This document shows, in pieces, positions 52,474 through 63,297 of a DNA stretch of 64,000 nt. Source of the stretch: Callorhinchus milii (Eukaryota); NCBI RefSeq assembly GCF_018977255.1, contig NW_024704743.1, positions 70,806,001 through 70,870,000 of the forward strand, read 5' to 3'. The notes beneath the pieces were generated by a model. That model worked only from the letters and a program-made list of their open reading frames with translations, made no database searches and was not told the origin of the DNA. The position numbers and the translations under genes were made by a program. How positions within the stretch are numbered: the first letter of the stretch is position 1; each line of letters opens with the position of its first letter.

Positions 52474-52979
52474 CATGAACTACTATTGCAGCTGGCTGTG
52501 ATTTCTGCCTGTCAGACCCACTGACGAAATGACAGCTAACCTCGTGGAGTCTACTTTTATATTTGTCTAAATTTTGTGCTATGTGTTAGGAAAGGATAGT
52601 AAAATGATAACAATTGTGAAGTAGGACTAGACTATTGCTACATCTAGCCCAGTGTTTCTCAATGATTGATTTGAGGACTGATACGGAACATCAGTTATAC
52701 TCGTGGAGTATTTGGTGCAGCGAGACTGAAAGGCCTTTATCACAGGTACACAGCAGATGTTGAAGTGGGAAGTGGGATTCATCCCAGACCTGTTGATAAC
52801 TTAAAATAACTGATGTATACTTTTTGGTGATGCAATAATTAACACTGTTGATAATCGTCATCTCATGAACCACATTTGTCACCCTGTCTTCCTAAATTGT
52901 CAGAATGTACAAGTATAAACTTAAGCCATTGGAGACTTGTTCACTGAAGTTTGCAGCGTGTGATAGTGTCATCTTGTAA

Positions 52980-53095
52980 GGTGTTAAATTCCTCCTGCCT
53001 CTGGGTGCTGCAACTTTGACACTATGTTCTTCCAGTGACCATTATAAGTGCACATTGTCAAAGTTGCTACATCTAGTGGCAAGAGAAATTTCACC
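52980..53095. repeat. Imperfect inverted repeat (~41-bp arms), MITE-like
   Basis: AAATTCCTCCTGCCTCTGGGTGCTGCAACTTTGACA versus TGTCAAAGTTGCTACATCTAGTGGCAAGAGAAATTT. Confidence 0.75.
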
Positions 53096-53479
53096 GGCTT
53101 CCGTCTCCTGGCAGATTTAATGCATTATTGGTAAATGCCATCTGAGCACTAAAGGCAGTTATTTTAAAATCATCCAAATAATTACTGGCCTAGTTTGTAT
53201 GAGATGGGGGGAAATGTCTGCAGGCTACTCCATTTTCTGTCAGGTGGGTTGATACGAGCTGACAGAGTGTGTGCTCATTTTATGCCTCTAACAGATCACT
53301 TCCTGTTAACTCAGTTTGATGAATGGCAGCAGTTCAGAACCAGCCAATATTGTGACAGTATTCCTCCACTAAATAAATTGATTTTGATCCTTATCGAGGA
53401 TGGGATTTACAGAATTGGAGACTTGTCTACATATGTAAAACAGGTACTCGGGGGAAAGAGTCCGGCTTAGCTTTCTGTT

Positions 53480-53620
53480 AAACAAAATGCAAAATACTGC
53501 AGATGCTGGAAATCTGAAACAAAAACAGAAACCGCTGGGAACACTCAGCAGGTCAGGCACCATCTATGGAGAAAGGAAAGTGAGTCAACATTTTGGGTCC
53601 ATGACCCTTCGTCTGAAACC
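53480..53620 (-). mobile_element. Penelope-like-derived short element with a degenerate hammerhead motif
   Basis: Minus strand CAGACGA-AGGGTC-ATG-GACCC-AAAATGTT, then the same body and tail as 39985-40148. Confidence 0.6.
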
Positions 53621-53782
53621 CTTTTCAGAAACCCTGTACAAAGGTTGGCCCATCAAAAGGCATAGAACCAGTAGCAAAAATGTGTATCATTTGAATGTTG
53701 AAATGCAATAAATTACACCTGTACATCGCCATGTTTGAGACTTTACAGACAACTGTGATAATAATTTTGTATATTTTTGCAG

Positions 53783-54481
53783 ATGAATAATCTAACCCAG
53801 GAAGTGTCTAAGTTGGGGAAGGACATGCACAGTGTCGTGCATCTTTTGGAAGGACTTTTGGCAGCACAGAAAACTTCTCCTTTCTGGCCTGTACATGGTA
53901 CTCATACAATGGACAACTTGAGACCGAGAATGACTTGGATGTCACATCAGCCTTGTTTCCATATGCAAAGGGGAGCGGCCCCTTGCACAATAACAAACCC
54001 AGCACCAAGCACAACAGCATCAAGCGTATGGTCCTTAGACCCAGCTGTCCAATACAGTAACTCTCAGGCAATAGGAATGATTTCTCAAAGACTAATGGAG
54101 AGTGAGCATTACCACACACACTCCTCTCCAGTTCATTCTCATCATTGCCAGTTCCCGCAGGCTGACCATTTGCCATTTGAAAGATGTGTACCTCCATACC
54201 CGGAGAGCACCTTAACCCCTCTTCAGTCCATTTCAGTTACCCTGTCAACTTCAGCAAGTTCATCGCCCGAGACTCCAATCTCACTGGTGGCCCACTGCAA
54301 GTCAAAAGAGAGCAGCATCTCAAACCTGGGTCCGGTTGATTCATCGGGCCTTGGGAATTCACCCATTTCCTGGGAACTTGAAGGAATGGCAAGCATCTCT
54401 TTGTCAAGCACAACCACATCACCCGTAGACATTGTGACAAGTTCAGTTGATTTAAAGGATGACAACTCCATTAATGTATAA
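53783..54481 (+). CDS. kcnh8: KCNH8 terminal coding exon ending in DDNSINV-stop
   Basis: TTTTTGCAG acceptor; MNNLTQEVSKLGKDM...WMSHQPCFH...STLTPLQSIS...DNSINV; TAA at 54479-54481; resembles the mammalian KCNH8 C-terminus. Confidence 0.93.
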   Translation: MNNLTQEVSKLGKDMHSVVHLLEGLLAAQKTSPFWPVHGTHTMDNLRPRMTWMSHQPCFHMQRGAAPCTITNPAPSTTASSVWSLDPAVQYSNSQAIGMISQRLMESEHYHTHSSPVHSHHCQFPQADHLPFERCVPPYPESTLTPLQSISVTLSTSASSSPETPISLVAHCKSKESSISNLGPVDSSGLGNSPISWELEGMASISLSSTTTSPVDIVTSSVDLKDDNSINV

Positions 54482-54630
54482 TGATGGTGACAAACTGTCA
54501 CACACGTACACCAAAAGCATGCTCTGAAGCTGTCCATTATAAATATATTATGATTCTATTAGTGCTTTATCCTTCTGCATCTCATTCAAATTGCAGAGGT
54601 AACAGTCCTGGAAAGTGACGTGGTGGTGGT

Positions 54631-54658
54631 GGGGGGGATGGGAGGTGGGATGGGTGGG
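54631..54658 (+). promoter_or_regulatory. Predicted RNA G-quadruplex in the 3' UTR
   Basis: G7-AT-G3-AGGT-G3-AT-G3-T-G3 on the sense strand, 150 nt after the stop. Confidence 0.55.
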
Positions 54659-55461
54659 AAGCTGGAATTTCAGCTTAATTTGAAACAAAGTGGTAAAAAA
54701 AATAACCAATGGTATCTCCACTGAAGAAAGTAAAGGGAAACAACTTTCAGAACTGTGTAAGAGTTTTGGACTCCAGTTTATAACTCAGCAACTATTTGAT
54801 AACATGGAGTAGCTTGCTGGCTCCTTCTGCAAGATCCCCAAGGTGATCAAATACCCCCTGCAGGCACAAGAGAGTTGGAGATCGGGGGCTAAGGGATAGA
54901 AACGGCTTTTGTTGCAAGTTAATTCTTGCCTGAAGCAAAGGATTCTTTTAAAAAAATCTCTGCTGAGATATCCCAGATGGATATCAATGGGACGATTTGC
55001 CCTGGGTGGTCGCATCTCCTGCTGGTTCATTTGTCAGTTCTGCCAAGGCACAGGGACAATTAGCACTGCATGCTGCCTCCTAGACAATCAGCCAACTACA
55101 GCTGGTTCATAGCCGCACATTGTATCATGTAAATCAATTTGTTCAATTATTTATCAAAAAATGACTATTTTTATATATTTGGTATGGAAACTGTATTTAA
55201 GTCACATATTTATAAAGAAACCTTTTTTTTGTGACGAAGCTTGCAGTGAAACTGAAATGCATTACTCATACCCTATTTACAATGGTAGCTCAGAAATAAC
55301 TGAAGATGTTATCAAAGTACTGTAATTAAAATATAGATAGGAAACAGGGGTTAGATACCTAGATTATTTTGCATGCTCTCTACTATGAATGTACCTGCAA
55401 TGATCAAAATATAACAACTAAAAGAAATAGAAAATGGCATTTATTTATTCGTCCATTCTTC

Positions 55462-55467
55462 AATAAA
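55462..55467 (+). terminator. Candidate polyadenylation signal AATAAA (proximal)
   Basis: Canonical hexamer about 1 kb after the stop. Confidence 0.4.
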
Positions 55468-55659
55468 AGCAATGTATGGAATGTTAAACACATATATAAT
55501 TCCAAAAATAGGTGCAGTGATATATAAAAGCTAACTAACTTTAAAAGTATTCCATGTCTTTTGGACTCTTACTATTTAACGAAAGGAACTTGATAACTTT
55601 GCATGAGGTCTGACATAGATGGTTTGCATTTATGATTATAATTTTATATATAATTATAA

Positions 55660-55665
55660 AATAAA
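55660..55665 (+). terminator. Candidate polyadenylation signal AATAAA
   Basis: Canonical hexamer in AT-rich context, followed by a T/GT-rich segment. Confidence 0.45.
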
Positions 55666-56349
55666 AGCACTATCAATGGTCAACATTTGTAATGTTTAAA
55701 ATATTGACAGCTGAGGAAATACTGCAGTGTATGTTGGAATGCCAATCAGAGGACCTGGAAATGCAATCCTCCAGTTGTATTCATATGCATGTCTCTCTGT
55801 GCTGATAGAGCACATCTTCCTTCCTGGATGGAACATTTGGCAAGGAAGCCAATCCCCAGCCCATAATGAAAGATTCTTGTCAATCAGCACAGAGTGCCAT
55901 TGATAGAGGTTGTGGAGATGTAAAATGTGAATCTAAACAGAAGCCAAACAGAAATGTCCGTAATTAGCACTTATATCATTCAGTGCTCATTATACAACTT
56001 TGAAGTTTGAGCAACAGAGTATAATTAATGTCACTTCTTGAAGTGTGTCTAAATTTAACTTAAAGTTTAGAAAGTTAAATACGGTGGAGAGAGGCTGGGA
56101 GATATGTACCCGGCTAGTCTTTATCTTTTTCACCTCCTCCTTCTTTTTCCTATGTGCAGTTAATGAGAGATTGAGGAGACACTTAATTAAAGTGCTTTTG
56201 TGCAATCTTCTCACAGATGGCTGGACACCGGGGAGTTGACAGGTCTACACAGGGGCAGAGCTTTTCTCTTTTATAAAGGTAGCCATGCAGCCTTCCTGCC
56301 AATACAATTATATGATAGATTAGTTTCTTAATGCTTAAGCTCATCAATA

Positions 56350-56477
56350 CTGGGGTGAAAATGCCATATTTCTTAACAGACTTGATGTGGCAATTATTAT
56401 AATTGACTCAATGCTATTGTCATAACAGATAATTAACACATTGAGTCTGTTATGAAATGTTGCATTTTTCATCCCAC
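56350..56477. mobile_element. MITE with ~48-bp TIRs and TA flanks (Tc1/mariner-like)
   Basis: TGGGGTGAAAATGCCATATTTCTTAACAGACTTGATGTG versus CACATTGAGTCTGTTATGAAATGTTGCATTTTTCATCCCA; TA at 56348-56349 and 56478-56479. Confidence 0.7.
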
Positions 56478-56802
56478 TATTTTAGTTCATTTCACGTATT
56501 TATTGATATGTGTTTAGATGTAGTTGCTGACACTATAATTAAGAGTTTCTTTTTTCTCTCATGTGAGCTAATTGAGAATTATTTGTTCAATTTTATTCCA
56601 CAATTTCTCTGATGTTCAGTTATACCTGTCACCCAGCTATCAGTTCCTGCCTTATCCCTAAAGGGCGCTAGAGATGGAATGGTACCCAGTTGAAATTATC
56701 ACTTTGCCAATGGCAGTATGATAGTGATAGGCATCACAGAAAAGTGTTCTGATACGTCATCATAAATGGTGCTACATGAATGCATGTTGTTGTTGCTGAA
56801 TG

Positions 56803-56812
56803 AATAAATAAA
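56803..56812 (+). terminator. Candidate distal overlapping polyadenylation signals (AATAAATAAA)
   Basis: Two overlapping hexamers followed by T-rich sequence. Confidence 0.3.
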
Positions 56813-57466
56813 TGATGCTCTGGGAATTATTCGGTTTACTGTATTTCCTCCTCTTTACTATTTGGTAACAGTTTGGGATATCTATGTATTCACTTAATAA
56901 ATTATTAAGTCACCTTGCTCCAGCACACCCTATAGTCCCAGGCTTTTTACCACATACTGTATTTGCAGGTCGAAGCAATATGCTTGCACTTGCTGTGGAT
57001 ATCAAGCTCAGTAATGACCAGTTGGTCTTTGTGTGTCAGTTTATCCAGCAATCCCTTCCCCATCTACATTTCGCTCTTTTTGGGGGGAGTGGTGGGGGGG
57101 TGAAGGGGTTGGGAGGGGAAAAGATTCTAGGGTGAGTGCGATCAAACTGCAGCCAATAAATCCTTATCAGAATTGTACTACTGTACAGTTGTTCTCCTTG
57201 GGAGTATTTCCAGAAAGACCAAACGGTTTCTCTTCACATGGACATCGAGCCATATCTCTGGCAAGACTTAATATTTCAGCTTTGTTCAGTCTCCAGGCTA
57301 TTGTTTCTCGGAGTGATGATTCTTCATTTTTCTACATCACCTTTATCTAAAAAGCGAAAATTGTGTGTGTTCACTTACAAACTATACTGTCACTACACTT
57401 TACAGTAAAATACTGTGAAGCACTTTGCAACATTTTGGCACTGCTTATGGAGGCACTAAATAATAG

Positions 57467-57842
57467 TAACAATCCTTGTATTTGATATAGTGCCTGATCA
57501 CATCCTCAAGGTGTCTCAAAACACTTCACAGAATACACGGTAAAGTAAATTGACTGTATATTTTGTGAACGAAATGCGGCAGCCAATTGCACACAGCAGT
57601 GTCCCACAAACAGTCGTGGAATGACTGACCAAATTATTATTTTTTTTAACAAAATTTTAAGGAATTATTACCCTTGGAAAAGGGATCTGCTAATCAACTA
57701 ACAAACGGCTTACTACATACTGTTAGGTAAACAGGCATGTGGAGTAAGGAAACTTGCCTAATGTTTCGCCCTGAAGGGGAATCAAACCTAGGTCCTCTCG
57801 CTTGCGAGGCAAGTGCTCCAACCACTAAGCTACACGATTCCA
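57467..57842 (-). mobile_element. Full-length tRNA-Ala-like SINE
   Basis: Reverse-strand head TAGCTTAGTGGTTGGAGCACTTGCCTCGCAAGCGAG, with body and tail matching 62720-63049. Confidence 0.8.
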
Positions 57843-57884
57843 CAAATGCCAGGTAAATCAATTGCAAGGTCAGCCTAGGGAAGT

Positions 57885-58285
57885 TTTGCCTCTGAATCAG
57901 AAGTTTGTTGATTCAAGCCCCACATCAGGAATTGGAACCACATAGCCTAAGTTGACAGTCCAATGCGGTGTTGCATTATTGGGGATGCCGTCTTTTAGAT
58001 GAGACGTTAAACTGAGGACCCGTTTGCCTGTCGAGGTTGACATTAAAAATCCAATGGCACTGTTCGAAAAGAGAAGGGCGTTTCTCCCGGTGTCCTAGCC
58101 AACAAATCCTCCAAATAAAAAATAGGTCACTCGCTTTGTGGCTATTTGTGGAACATTGGTGTACGGACTCAGTTCCCAGAGTGTTGGCTGTCATGCTTGC
58201 ATACAAATGGACAAACACCTCACTTCACTCCTGTGAAGACATCTCAACGACGTGATATGACATTATATCAAAATGCAATTATTCT
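57885..58285 (+). mobile_element. Deu-domain SINE
   Basis: GATGCCGTCTTTTAGATGAGACGTTAAACTGAGG..AATCCAATGGCAC..CCCGGTGTCCTAGCCAAC. Confidence 0.8.
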
Positions 58286-59369
58286 TATTGAAGTGAGGAA
58301 AAGTTTCAAGCGCAGTGATTGAAAAGTATTCAGCGTGGTGTGGTGGCGCCACCAAGTGGTAGGATTTATGTTGTCAGGTTTCATTCCATCACTCCACTGA
58401 ACCTCAAACATGAGGCTGTGGGGAGTTGCTGAGCTGAGACCACCAGATTTCCCAGAGTGCGGAATGAGAATATGCAAGAAGATGTTTCTGCTCTACAGGC
58501 AGAATTAGAGGTATTGTGAGTTATAGAAATGCTGAGTAAGACTATGCGTTTAACTGGGGTGAGAAAGACTGTTGTGACATTGCCCAAGCGCTCTGAGACG
58601 CTGTCCGGTGTGGAGGGCGCTAAATAAATCCAAGTTGTTGTTGTTGTTGTTGTTCCCCCACTGATTCAATCAGGGTTTCAGAAGCCCCTGGATTACAACA
58701 CCCAGCTCTTTCGATTTGGTCATCATGTTTGATCATTGTTGAGGAAAACAAATACGAAAAGTGCCCGTGACAACTGGTAAAGAACATAAGAACATAAGAA
58801 ATAGGAGTAGAAGTAGTCCATTCAGCCCCTTGAACCTGTCCCACCATTTAATACGATCATGGCTGATCTTCTAACCTAATTCCATTTACCTGCCCTATCC
58901 CCATATCCCTTAATCCCTTTAATTTTAAAAATCTATCGATCTCAGTCTTGAATATGTTCAATGACTGAGCATCCACAGCCTTCCACAGTAGAGAATTCCA
59001 TAAATTCACTACCCTCTGAGTGAAGAAATGTTTTCTCAACTCAATTCTAAAAGGCTGACCTTTAATCCTGAGACTATGACCCCTAGTTTTAGATTCTCCA
59101 ACCAGAGGAAACAGTCTCACACTATCTACCCTGTCAGACCCTTAAGAATCTTATAGGTTTCTAAAAGATCACTTCTAATTCTTCTATATTCTAGAGAATG
59201 CAGGCCTAGTTTACTTAACCTCTTCTCATAGGTCAACCCCCTCATCCCAGGAACCAACTTAGTGAACCTACTTTGCACCCCTCTAAGACAAATTTATCCT
59301 TTCTTAGATAAGGAGACAAAAACAATATTCCAGATGCGGTCTCACCAAGGCCCTATACAATTGCAGCAA

Positions 59370-59520
59370 GGAACGAAGGCAACGGGCACTGTTTTGAGGT
59401 CAGAGAGGTAGGGGGGGTGCAGAGGAGGGGAGGGATTTGAAGACAAGGGTGAGGATTTTGAAGTCGATCCTCTCTGGGACAGGCAGCCAGTGCAGTCCGG
59501 CAAGGACTGGGGTAATTGGG
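59370..59520 (-). mobile_element. Internal L2 fragment inside CR1
   Basis: Closely matches 44036-44195; no 3' tail. Confidence 0.8.
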
Positions 59521-59794
59521 CACACCTAAATCCCTCTGAATACTAACCCTAACTAGTCTCTCCCCCTCTAGAAAATAATCTGCTTTTCTATTTTTTCTAC
59601 CTAGGTGAATAACTTCACACTTCCACCCTTATACTCCATCTGCCACCTTCTTGCTCACTTAACCTGTCTATATCCCTTTGCATCCTCTTTGTATCCTCCT
59701 CACAGGTTACTTTCCCACCTAGCTTTGTATTGTCTGCGAATTTAGATACATTAAGCTCTATTTCCTCATCTAAGTCTTTGATGATTTAGATGAA

Positions 59795-60297
59795 ACTCTA
59801 CAGCTCGTGTATTCTCGTGCACCAGGCTCCGTGTCCCCATCACTCACACCCTTGCCCGACTCCACTGGCTGCCCATCTCTTAGAGGATCGAATTCAAGAT
59901 CCTCATCCTCACTTTCAAGGCCATCCATGGCCTTGCCCCCTCCTACCTCTCTGACCTGCTGACTCCCTACCAACCTGCCCACTCCCTCCATTCAGCGGGC
60001 TCTGGCCTGCTCCATGTCTCCCGCCCAACCCGCTCTACCATCGGTGACCAGGCTTTCAGCTTTTCTGCCTCTACACTCTGGAACTCCATCCCACGATCCC
60101 TTTGCCTCACTTCCTCCCTTTCCTCCTTCAAGACCGGTCTCAAGACCCTCCTCTTCGATCGTGCCTTCAGTCGCACTCCTACCTCCTGCCTTCCCTCACC
60201 CCTACTCCACCCCTTCCCCATGCTCGGGTCCTGACTGTCCAGTACCTTGGGACGTCCTCCCGATGTAAAAGGCGCTCTATAAATGTAATTTTGTTTT
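59795..60297 (+). mobile_element. L2 3' fragment nested in CR1
   Basis: CTCCACTGGCTGCCCATC, GAATTCAAGATCCTCATCCTCAC, terminus GATGTAAAAGGCGCTCTATAAATG. Confidence 0.85.
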
Positions 60298-60829
60298 TGG
60301 ATGTAGACTGTAAACTGTTGAGGCCCAAGCACTGATCCTTGTGGCACTCCAGTAGTCACAACCTACCAATCTGAGAAGGACCCGTTTATCCCTACTCTCT
60401 GTTTTCTGCCTGTTAACCACTCTTCGATCCATGCTAATATGTTACTCTAAAGTCCATGAGCCCTAATCTTATGTAACAACCTTATATGTGCATCTTGTCG
60501 AATGCCTTCTGAAAATCCAAGTAGGCTATATCCACTGGTTCCCTCTATCTAACCTGGTAGTTACATCTTCAAAGATCAGGAATCTTCAAGAAAGCTCAAT
60601 CTTTTGTATCCATGCAGGAAATTTGAATGCTCTGAAAAGTCTGCATCCATAGTCCATAAAAATTTACAGCAGAAAAAGATGATATTTGACCTCTGTCTAA
60701 TATACTAAACTGTTGGATGTGATCAGCTGTCAGTTCCCACTCCATCCACATCGTACCCTGGACCTAAACATTTCAGAGCTTGAAATGCACTTTCCAGATT
60801 CCATTACTGGGATTGTGGGCCATAAGGAT

Positions 60830-61290
60830 GGCCCTCACAGACCATACTTTGATGCCATGTCTGTGGATAACATCGTCCAAAGGGAGCATATAGATTAGGA
60901 AGAGCAGTGGGGATAAAGGTGGAGCCCTCGGGTACAACAGAGGTGACTGGGTGGGGGCGGGAGGAGAAACCAGGCTATGCAATCCCACTAAAGTGGATGA
61001 GGGAGGAGAGGCAGTGGATGAGGATAGCACGGTTGACTGTTTTGAACGCAGAGGAAAGATCCAGGAGGATGTGGAAGCAGAGGGAGATGACTTCATTTGT
61101 GACCTTGACAAGTGCCACCTCTGTTCTGTGGTCAGGGCGGAAACCAGAGTGGAGGGGCTCGAGGAGGGAGTGGAGGGAGAGACGTGAGCAAAACTGGTTA
61201 GCAACAATACGTTCTAGAGTTTTGGCAAGGAATGGCAGGCTGGAAATCGGATGGTAATTTGTAAGGTTGAAAGGGTCAAGAACCTGAGGA
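60830..61290 (-). mobile_element. L2 ORF2 (RT) internal fragment
   Basis: NYHPISSLPFLAKTLERIV..SGFRPDHRTEVALVKV..LDLSSAF in ORF 60975..61316. Confidence 0.85.
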
Positions 61291-61489
61291 AAGTGACTAT
61301 TTGACTGATTTTTCAATCAACGTTGATTAAAAGATAAGATGAATGTAATTTCTCAAAAGTGCTTTGAAGATATACTCCAATCAAGCTTTCAAATCAAAAG
61401 GACAAAATAAGAGAATCCCATTTCCCCCAAGTTGTTTAGAAAAGGATTGGGCTGCAAACACACAGACTTCCCTGTAGCTCAAAAAAAAA

Positions 61490-61940
61490 GTTGATAGCAC
61501 TCTTGCCTTTGAGTCAGTAGATAGTGGGTTCAAGCCCCAAGTGGGGACTTTGAACTCATATAGTCTAGGCTAACACTCCAGTGTAGTGCTGGGGTGGTTT
61601 CTTTGTAGGAGGTGTTGTCCTTCAGATAAGACGTTAAACCAAGGTCCCATCAGCCTGTTCAGATGGATATTAAAGAACCCATGGCACTATTCGAAAAGAG
61701 AATAGAGTTTCTCCTGGTGTCCAAGACAACAATCCCCCAAATAAAATTGATCAATCACTCCATGGCTGTTTGTGGGCATTGTCATGCACAAATGGGTTGC
61801 TATAATTGCCTTCAAATACACAGTCACTACTTTTTGAAATATATACTAAGAAGATCATGATCTTCTGATATCCTGTGCTTTGTGATGTCCTCATGATGCT
61901 AAATGCACCCTATACCAAATGCAAGAATAATTATTAATTA
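61490..61940 (+). mobile_element. Deu-domain SINE
   Basis: GGGTTCAAGCCCC B box; CAGATAAGACGTTAAACCAAGG..CCCATGGCACTATTCG core. Confidence 0.78.
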
Positions 61941-62719
61941 ATTATTATTATTATAAGGGTACAACAAGCTGCAGTTGTTAACATTCCGGGACAGGATATA
62001 CATCTGGCAATCTCCCAGATACTGGCTTTGGGCAGCAGCTGCTAAATGCAGGTGTGGGGTATTATGTGCGATATATCTATATCTAGTTTGCCAAATGTTA
62101 CTACAAATGTTTGGGGAAATGACAGCCACAAATGTAATTGCTTCGCAAGAGGGCAGGCCAGTGGGTTAGCTTACTTAATGCAAAAAAAACAACATACCGC
62201 AATCTTTTCTGGCTCTCCATCAGTCAAACAAATAACTTAAAAGATGAATTTGTGCGGCCTATCAATTGTGCAGTGAGTATTGGGAAGTTACAGTGGTTGT
62301 GACAGGTTTGCTACCTAATAGGCCAAAGATCATTGGCAATATTTCAAACAAACTTAGAATACAGCATCTGCTCCCTCCTTATCAGTGCATTGCAGAAGGA
62401 ATCTAACAAATGAATAGGCAGTGAGAAAATAGGCTCTTTATTAACTCAAAACAGCATGGATATCCATATTTGGATGAGTTATCTGTATTTAAATTTTATG
62501 ACCAAATGTTATTTATTAAATAAATGATATTAAATAAATGTAATGGCTTTAATATATATAATAATAATCCTTGCATTTGATATAGCGCCTTATCACGTAT
62601 CCAAGACTTCTCAAAGCATTTCATAGAATATACTGTAAAGTGAATTTCCGAAACAAATCTGTTTGAGATACAGTATTTACATTTTTAGGTAGAACCTCTT
62701 ATGAAACTTATTCATAAGT

Positions 62720-63049
62720 GGAGTCCTGTAGCTCAGTGGTTAGAGCACTCGCCTTGCAAGCGAAATACCTAGGTTCAATTCCAGGCAGGGCGAAACCTTG
62801 GGCAAGTTTCCCTACTCCACACACCTAATAATAATCCCTCCAAAACAAAACAATAATAAATTGGTCATTTTCAATCCACAGCTGTTTGTGGGACACTGCT
62901 GTGCGCAATTGGCTGCCACGTTTCGCTCACAAATATACAGTTAATTCACTTTACAGCATATTCTGTGAAGCACTTTGAGATGTCTAGAAGAGGTGAAAAT
63001 CGCTATATGAAATGCAAGGATTATTAGTATCATTATTATTATTATTATA
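62720..63049 (+). mobile_element. Full-length tRNA-Ala-like SINE
   Basis: A box TAGCTCAGTGG, anticodon loop CTTGCAA, B box GGTTCAATTCC, body, L2-like tail and (ATT)n. Confidence 0.85.
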
Positions 63050-63297
63050 TGTTTTTCTTGCCTACTTTGCTTTCTACCATCCAGAACTCTGCAGTTCATC
63101 CTCTCCCACTAGCCTCTGTGAACCCATCACACCATCCTTGCTCAGCTCCACTACCCTCCACCCCACCCTCCCAACCCACTGCCCTCCACCTGCTCCCCCT
63201 CCCCACTCACTGCCTTCCACCCCCATTCACCAAAGGATTAAATTCAACATCCTAATCCTCATGTTCAAGTCCTTCCATGGCTTTGCCCCACCCTACC

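Larger units (their letters stand above)
54482..55670 (+). other. kcnh8: Putative kcnh8 3' UTR (end uncertain, could extend to about 56830)
   Basis: Repeat-poor, partly AU-rich sequence after the stop, with AATAAA hexamers at 55462, 55660, 56803 and 56807. Confidence 0.55.
58784..60575 (-). mobile_element. CR1 LINE 3' fragment (RT to 3' end) with two nested L2 pieces
   Basis: (AAGAACAT)n tail; ESKTRGHSLRI..FFTQRVVNLWNSL and GVPQGSVLGP motifs on the minus strand. Confidence 0.9.

Noticed and set aside
53808..54537. Antisense ORFs over the last exon
   Set aside because: Shadow frames of the coding exon with no independent support
52442..55308. 13-nt complementarity between 52442-52454 and 55296-55308
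   Set aside because: Many such matches are expected by chance in 64 kb of AT-rich DNA
62722..62793. tRNA-Ala(TGC) gene
   Set aside because: Cloverleaf-like, but with mismatches in the acceptor, anticodon and T stems; it continues into a repeated SINE body with no terminator, so it is a SINE head
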